Below are positions 58,870-64,000 of a stretch of 64,000 bases of DNA, piece after piece (the stretch's first letter is position 1; the number at the start of each line of letters is the position of its first letter). Both the position numbers and the translations under genes were made by a program. The notes under the pieces were generated by a model that ran no database searches, had not been told where the DNA came from, and saw only the letters and a program-made list of their open reading frames with translations. Source of the DNA: Adineta vaga (taxonomy: Eukaryota > Animalia > Rotifera); the NCBI GenBank assembly GCA_021613535.1, contig CP075495.1, forward strand, positions 14,632,001 to 14,696,000, given 5' to 3'.

Positions 58870-59840
58870 TGAAAGAAAGGGTTATATGCTTCTTAAATAG
58901 GGTCGTTAAAATGCTTAAAGTTTGTTTGTTTGTCCAAGCAAATCAGGTGAAAGCAGCGTATAAATCGATGAAAACTTACCCCTGATCATCGGACAACGAT
59001 TCGTCATATGTAATCGAGATCGAGGAATACGAATCTTGGGTTCCTTTCTCAAAAATATTTTTCTATGATCCACAATTAATTAATTGCTATTTCTTGTTTG
59101 TCTAATCCAGTCAGATTGCAGCAATATAAAAATTCATGAAAATTTACTAATAATCATCTTTATATGATTTACCCAAAAGTAGTCGAAGTCGAGGATTTCA
59201 AATCTGATGTTAGCTTTTCATAGTTCTAATCAATTATTATAATTATTGCGAAACTGAAAATAACCTGTTATTAAGCATAAAAGAAAAAATTCTGACTGTA
59301 TGTGAATTATTTAATCAAGCTACTGGGTTAATTGAAGAATTTTTTTTTCAGTAGAAGTTGAGGGTGTGGGTCTGCAAAGGGGAAAAAGCGGATCCTGGAT
59401 ACCCAAATCCTATAAAACTTTCGGACCCTCATGGCTCCCCATAAATCCTGACATCTCAAAAAGGCTGACTCTCGTGAATCCTGAAAGATACTCATGGGTT
59501 ATCATTGGTCATCATGAACTGTGTGATCGCAGGAACTATGAGGATCCAGGATCGGCCTTTTCCCCTTGTGTGGATGTATGTATGTGCGTACTCTGTGAAG
59601 GAACACTTACATCCACACTTTATTCCTTCCACAGAAAGGAGCGTCATCTGGAAAAAAGTTTCTGTGCGCTTTTGTGTCAGTGTCAAAGGTCAAAAAACCA
59701 TTTTCTTCAAGACTGTCTTAAACATCGGAAACCGAGAGTAGATTAAGGGTAGGATGATAGGTGGGGTCAATGTGAAGGATCAAGGGTAAAAAGTTAAAGG
59801 CTGCACACGATCAAAATATTGCTCTACCCTTCAGTACGAG
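58870..59840. mobile_element. Possible non-autonomous DNA-transposon remnant
   Basis: GC-enriched non-coding block unlike neighbouring gene DNA; no matching terminal pair found. Confidence 0.25.
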
Positions 59841-60782
59841 CTAAGTACGCGCTTTCGACAGATATAACATGAGATTACAATCAGTCGGTCGTTATTTATT
59901 CATAAAACCATTAAAAGTTTAGTAATATTGAACTAGAAACTATTGATCATTCTAGAGATGATAATTCAATAAATGAACACATAGGTAGAATCGAACCCGT
60001 AGCAGGTTTGAGAAAAATAAAGTACAGTAAAATTTGACTAGTTTGAACACTATTGGAATCAATGAAAAACGTAGGGGAATAAGCGAATCATATAAGAACA
60101 TCTTAGAGATACGATGGCATAGACATGCAACAGTCTCAGTTAACTCGGTGAGAGTCAGACTCAAACTTAGTTTATACTTTCATGTGTTTTCTTTTGCTTT
60201 TGAGAATATTTGATACACCACCAATTGTTCATACAAAATATATATCTCACACATCACGATAAGATGAACCGGTTTTGTTTTCTTTAATTCAATTAATTTT
60301 CTTGTTAAGATCTTTAAGGATAGACGTATTTGAAATAAAAATTGCCTTACGTCGAACTAATAGAATGAAATTAGTTTATGAGGATATGGAGCGTGAGCGT
60401 GAAAAGTAGAGACTATCGGTATCTACCCTCAAAGATTTCCTTTTCTGATTGAACTTTTGTTGAATATCACATGCAAAAATATCCTTTCTTAAAACGAACT
60501 CTTTTCTAAAACTCAAAAAATTACTAATGAAAAATACGTATCTTGAGTGTATACTGACACTGATAATCACACACGTCAGACGAAACTCCACTCAATACAT
60601 ACATTAACGCCATCTTTCTGCATAAACGAAGTATTCGCTTTTGCTGAAATCGTCAGTCTTCATTATTTTTTTCGAATAACAAAAATACAATACTATCAGT
60701 AAAGCGCATTTCTTTTCATAATAAACAAAATATATTCAATAGCTTGTATTCTCAACAAACTTTTGTGGAATTTAAAGCGACT

Positions 60783-62669
60783 ATGTACACATTTTCAACA
60801 TTACCGATTGAACTCGTCTATCGAATTTTTGATCATCTGTCTGGTTTTACACTATTTTGTTCAATGCAAAATGTTTGCCAACGTTTTAATCAAATTCTAA
60901 ACATTTATCATCGATATGAAGTAAGTTTCCAAAGTGCTTTACCTATTTTCTCATTTGTTCAAGCACACATGAGCCTCGCAACATCTAACTTAATCAGTTT
61001 ACTCAAAGAAAAAACAAATTTCACAATTCCGAAGCAATTTCCACGAGTCAACCAAACACAATATTGACTCATGCTATTAAAACAACACTTCCTCTCGCCT
61101 GTTTTTTTCTATCTATGCACATAGAATATATATCTTATTAAACATACACCCATGTGCCGCACAAGAATAAAACCGCAGCATTAAAACACCTTTCCCGTTT
61201 CAAACAAATGTCTCTATTGCCACTCTTAAACAATGCAACAACTATCTTTGAAACCCACCGAATAAAATAAAGTGAATTGTTTATATTCTGCCCCGACCCA
61301 ATACGATCTTTCGCAAACCAAATCTAAAAATAACAATCCAAAACCATTCAAAATAAACAAGTATCACTACCTTCAGTACAGTACTCATTCTACTCATCCG
61401 ACGATTCGCACATAACCTCAGTAATAATCAGACGAGCAACGATTTCTCTTTTCACTCCATGAACCCAGATTGAACACTTTCACACACTACCGCAACTCCT
61501 CTTGTATAATGCTATATCTAATTAAAAAACCTTACTCTAAAGTTTCGATTGCTTTAACCACATTCTCGAAAGGAATATTCTATACATAGACACTCACCAC
61601 ACTAAATCTCGAGAACAAGCAAATCGACGATCTAGGAGCACTACATATTGGTGATGCCTTGCGAACAAACACAGTAATACTCATTCGCTCTTGTCCTAAT
61701 TGACACATCCATGCTCTCTCTCGTTTATAGACACTCACCACACTAGATCTCGGGTACAATGAAATCGGCCATCAAGGAGCACAACATATTGGTGATGCCT
61801 TGCGAATAAACACAGTAATATTCATTCGCTCTTGTCCTAATTGACACATCCCTGTTCTCTCTCCTCTATAGACACTCACCACACTAAATCTCGTGAACAA
61901 TCAAATCGACGATCTAGGAGCACTACATATTGGTGATGCCTTGCGAATAAACACAGTAATATTCATTCGCTCTTGTCCTGATTGACACATCCATGCTCTC
62001 TCTCGTCTATAGACACTCACCACACTAGATCTCGGGTGCAATGAAATCGGCCATCAAGGAGCACAACATATTGGTGATGCCTTGCGAATAAACACAGTAA
62101 TACTCATTCGCTCTTGTCCTAATTGACACATCCCTGTTCTCTCTCCTCTATAGACACTCACCACACTAAATCTCGAGAACAATCAAATCGGCCATCAAGG
62201 AGCACAACATATTGGTGATGTCTTGCGAATAAACACAGTAATACTCATTCGCTCTTGTCCTAATTGACACATCCATGCTCTCTCTCGTTTATAGACACTC
62301 ACCACACTAAATATCAGGTACAATCAAATCGACGATCTAGGAGCACTACATATTGGTGATGCCTTGCGAATAAACACAGTAATACTCATTCGCTCTTGTC
62401 CTAATTGACACATCCATGCTCTCTCTCGTTTATAGACACTCACCACACTAGATCTCGGGTACAATGAAATCGGCCATCAAGGAGTACAACATATTGGTGA
62501 TGCCTTGCGCATAAACACAGTAATATTCATTCGCTCTTGTCCTAATTGACACATCCGTGCTCTCTCTCGTTTATAGACACTCACCACACTAAATCTCGGG
62601 GGCAATCAAATCGGCGACCAACAAAGAAAGTATCTCCGAAATGTTTTTGGAAATAGGTTGACGTTGTAG
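60783..62669 (+). CDS. F-box + RI-type LRR protein with one LRR per exon
   Basis: Exon 60783-60920 MYTFSTLPIELVYRIFDHL...MQNVCQRFNQIL (F-box, phase 0); 84-bp LRR exons at 61590, 61731, 61872, 62013, 62154, 62295, 62436; capping exon 62577-62669 with stop. The LRR exons are absent from the ORF track because the introns contain stops. Confidence 0.9.
61590..62620 (+). repeat. Tandem array, 141-bp unit (84-bp exon + 57-bp intron), ~7.3 copies
   Basis: Unit ACACTCACCACACTA...AACACA|GTAATA(C/T)TCATTCGCTCTTGTCCTAATTGACACATCC...TATAG recurs at exact 141-bp spacing. Confidence 0.97.
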
Positions 62670-64000
62670 TTTGGACTCGAGGGACATTGTGTTTTCGTGC
62701 TCTTTTCTGGAGAAGTTTTTCTGAGGAAACCGATGTGGTGAGAAATGAATACACAGTGTGCTTCGAAATCGTATTTATCTTACAATAACGTGTTTTGTTT
62801 TAAGCTCTTGATTTCCGACCGTGAGAGATGTGTTTATCATCTAAGTTGTTATAAAGCCATTTGGGATAGCAGTAGGAATAATAGAACAAATAAATAAGTA
62901 TAAAATTGCTAAGAAGGACGACCGATTATGCGTCTTATGAGCCTTTTAATGGGTCCGCTGCACTTATTCCCATCGCTGATCTATTATGAACGACTGGGAA
63001 ATTATTTCTTAAACATTCTGTTGTGCATGAAAACGTAGCAAAATATTCTTTCGAACTTTATTTTGAATATTTCTCATAATAAAGAGTTTAGCTCAAAGTC
63101 TGAGTGCCTCACAAATCGTTACTATATTTGTAACGTTAGAGAGTTGGGGTTGACGTCAAGATCAAGTGGATGACAAGTTTGACAACTTTATTTAGTTGCT
63201 TCTTTGATTTGACGTTTGACGTCTAATGATAGAAAGATGTTTTGTATTCGTACATCTTTCAAGATAAAAAAAGAAAGTTTTAGAGAAAAGAGTGTATCTC
63301 AGTTTCAACTAACTAATGTGTAGAGACACAATTTAGGATATAAATCGCATCTGGATGCAACTTCCGATATATTCGAACTTCAATGAAAGACGGCGAGATG
63401 CATTTGCAAACACAAAGAGTGTTTCATGTTTACATAGTGACCCGTACTTATATTCCCTTCCTATTCATTATCATTCTGAGAATTACAAGAGTATGATTAA
63501 TTCGCGAGTGGTAAAGTCGTTCTGTCTTGAGTTTAAACATATTTCTTTTTGAATATATTCATCATCGGTGTCGATGAAACCGACTATACTAGATCTATCG
63601 AAGTTTTTCATGCTGTGCATTCAAATAATTACACACGATAATGAGCATCTAGCTGTTGAATGTACATTCAAAATAGTTTCTTTATCTAATATGACGATTT
63701 TGTTTCAGTAATAATATATTTATTATGAATAATCGTTGATTGAGAACTTCGACGAGATGGAACGTTGAAAAATTGATATTTTACGAAAATGAAATATTTT
63801 TTATAATAAAGAGAATTTCTTGGACAAGATGAATCATACAAGCATAGTTAATGATTTATATAATCATCCATTTAGAATATTTATATGGTAAAGAATCTAT
63901 AAGTACTTTAAATTTCGTATGATATCAAAGCAGTATTTAATCATACATACGTATAATAATCATAATTTTATAGATGTCCTTGCTGATCGCACAGACAGTT

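Noticed and set aside
59359-59370. TGAGGGTGTGGG resembling rotifer telomeric hexamers (similar 12-bp inverted repeat at ~40055-40109)
   Set aside because: Only two units and no associated reverse transcriptase; too short to support
59366-59746. 126-aa Cys-containing ORF
   Set aside because: GTG start, no recognisable motif, overlapping equally weak ORFs in a GC-richer repeat-like block
61590-62620. CRISPR-like appearance of the regularly spaced repeat
   Set aside because: Units are nearly identical over their whole 141 bp with no unique spacers, there are no cas genes, and GT-AG boundaries give in-frame LRR exons

Overview
AT-rich, gene-dense eukaryotic (animal) DNA with many short (~50-65 bp) GT-AG introns, so the ORF track shows only exon fragments. 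The gene repertoire and style (PAN/EB+NHL-repeat gene, F-box+LRR gene, bacterial-like enzymes with introns, small MITEs) point to a bdelloid rotifer; this is inference. Conserved genes: RBFOX-like RRM, NCS/recoverin-like EF-hand, KCMF1, bifunctional PAM, heme peroxidase, glutaredoxin-like, LRRC71-like, RNF10, an RBR-type E3, two tandem Mps1/TTK-like kinases, UBASH3/Sts-like and group I PAK. There are also GAPDH and NHL pseudogenes. The most striking feature is at 60783-62669: an F-box exon followed by 141-bp exon+intron cassettes, each a phase-0, 84-bp exon encoding one 28-aa LRR. The introns are near-identical, while exon variation is almost entirely non-synonymous and concentrated around the LRR beta-strand, which suggests a modular, shuffling-diversified recognition system. 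Also notable: a Myb/SANT (trihelix) gene nested on the same strand in the intron that splits the UBASH3 SH3 domain, an adjacent bacterial-like GT8 + nucleotidyltransferase pair, and a CheD-like deamidase gene disrupted by nested MITEs. Gene models were assembled by eye; boundaries are approximate and no database searches were run.
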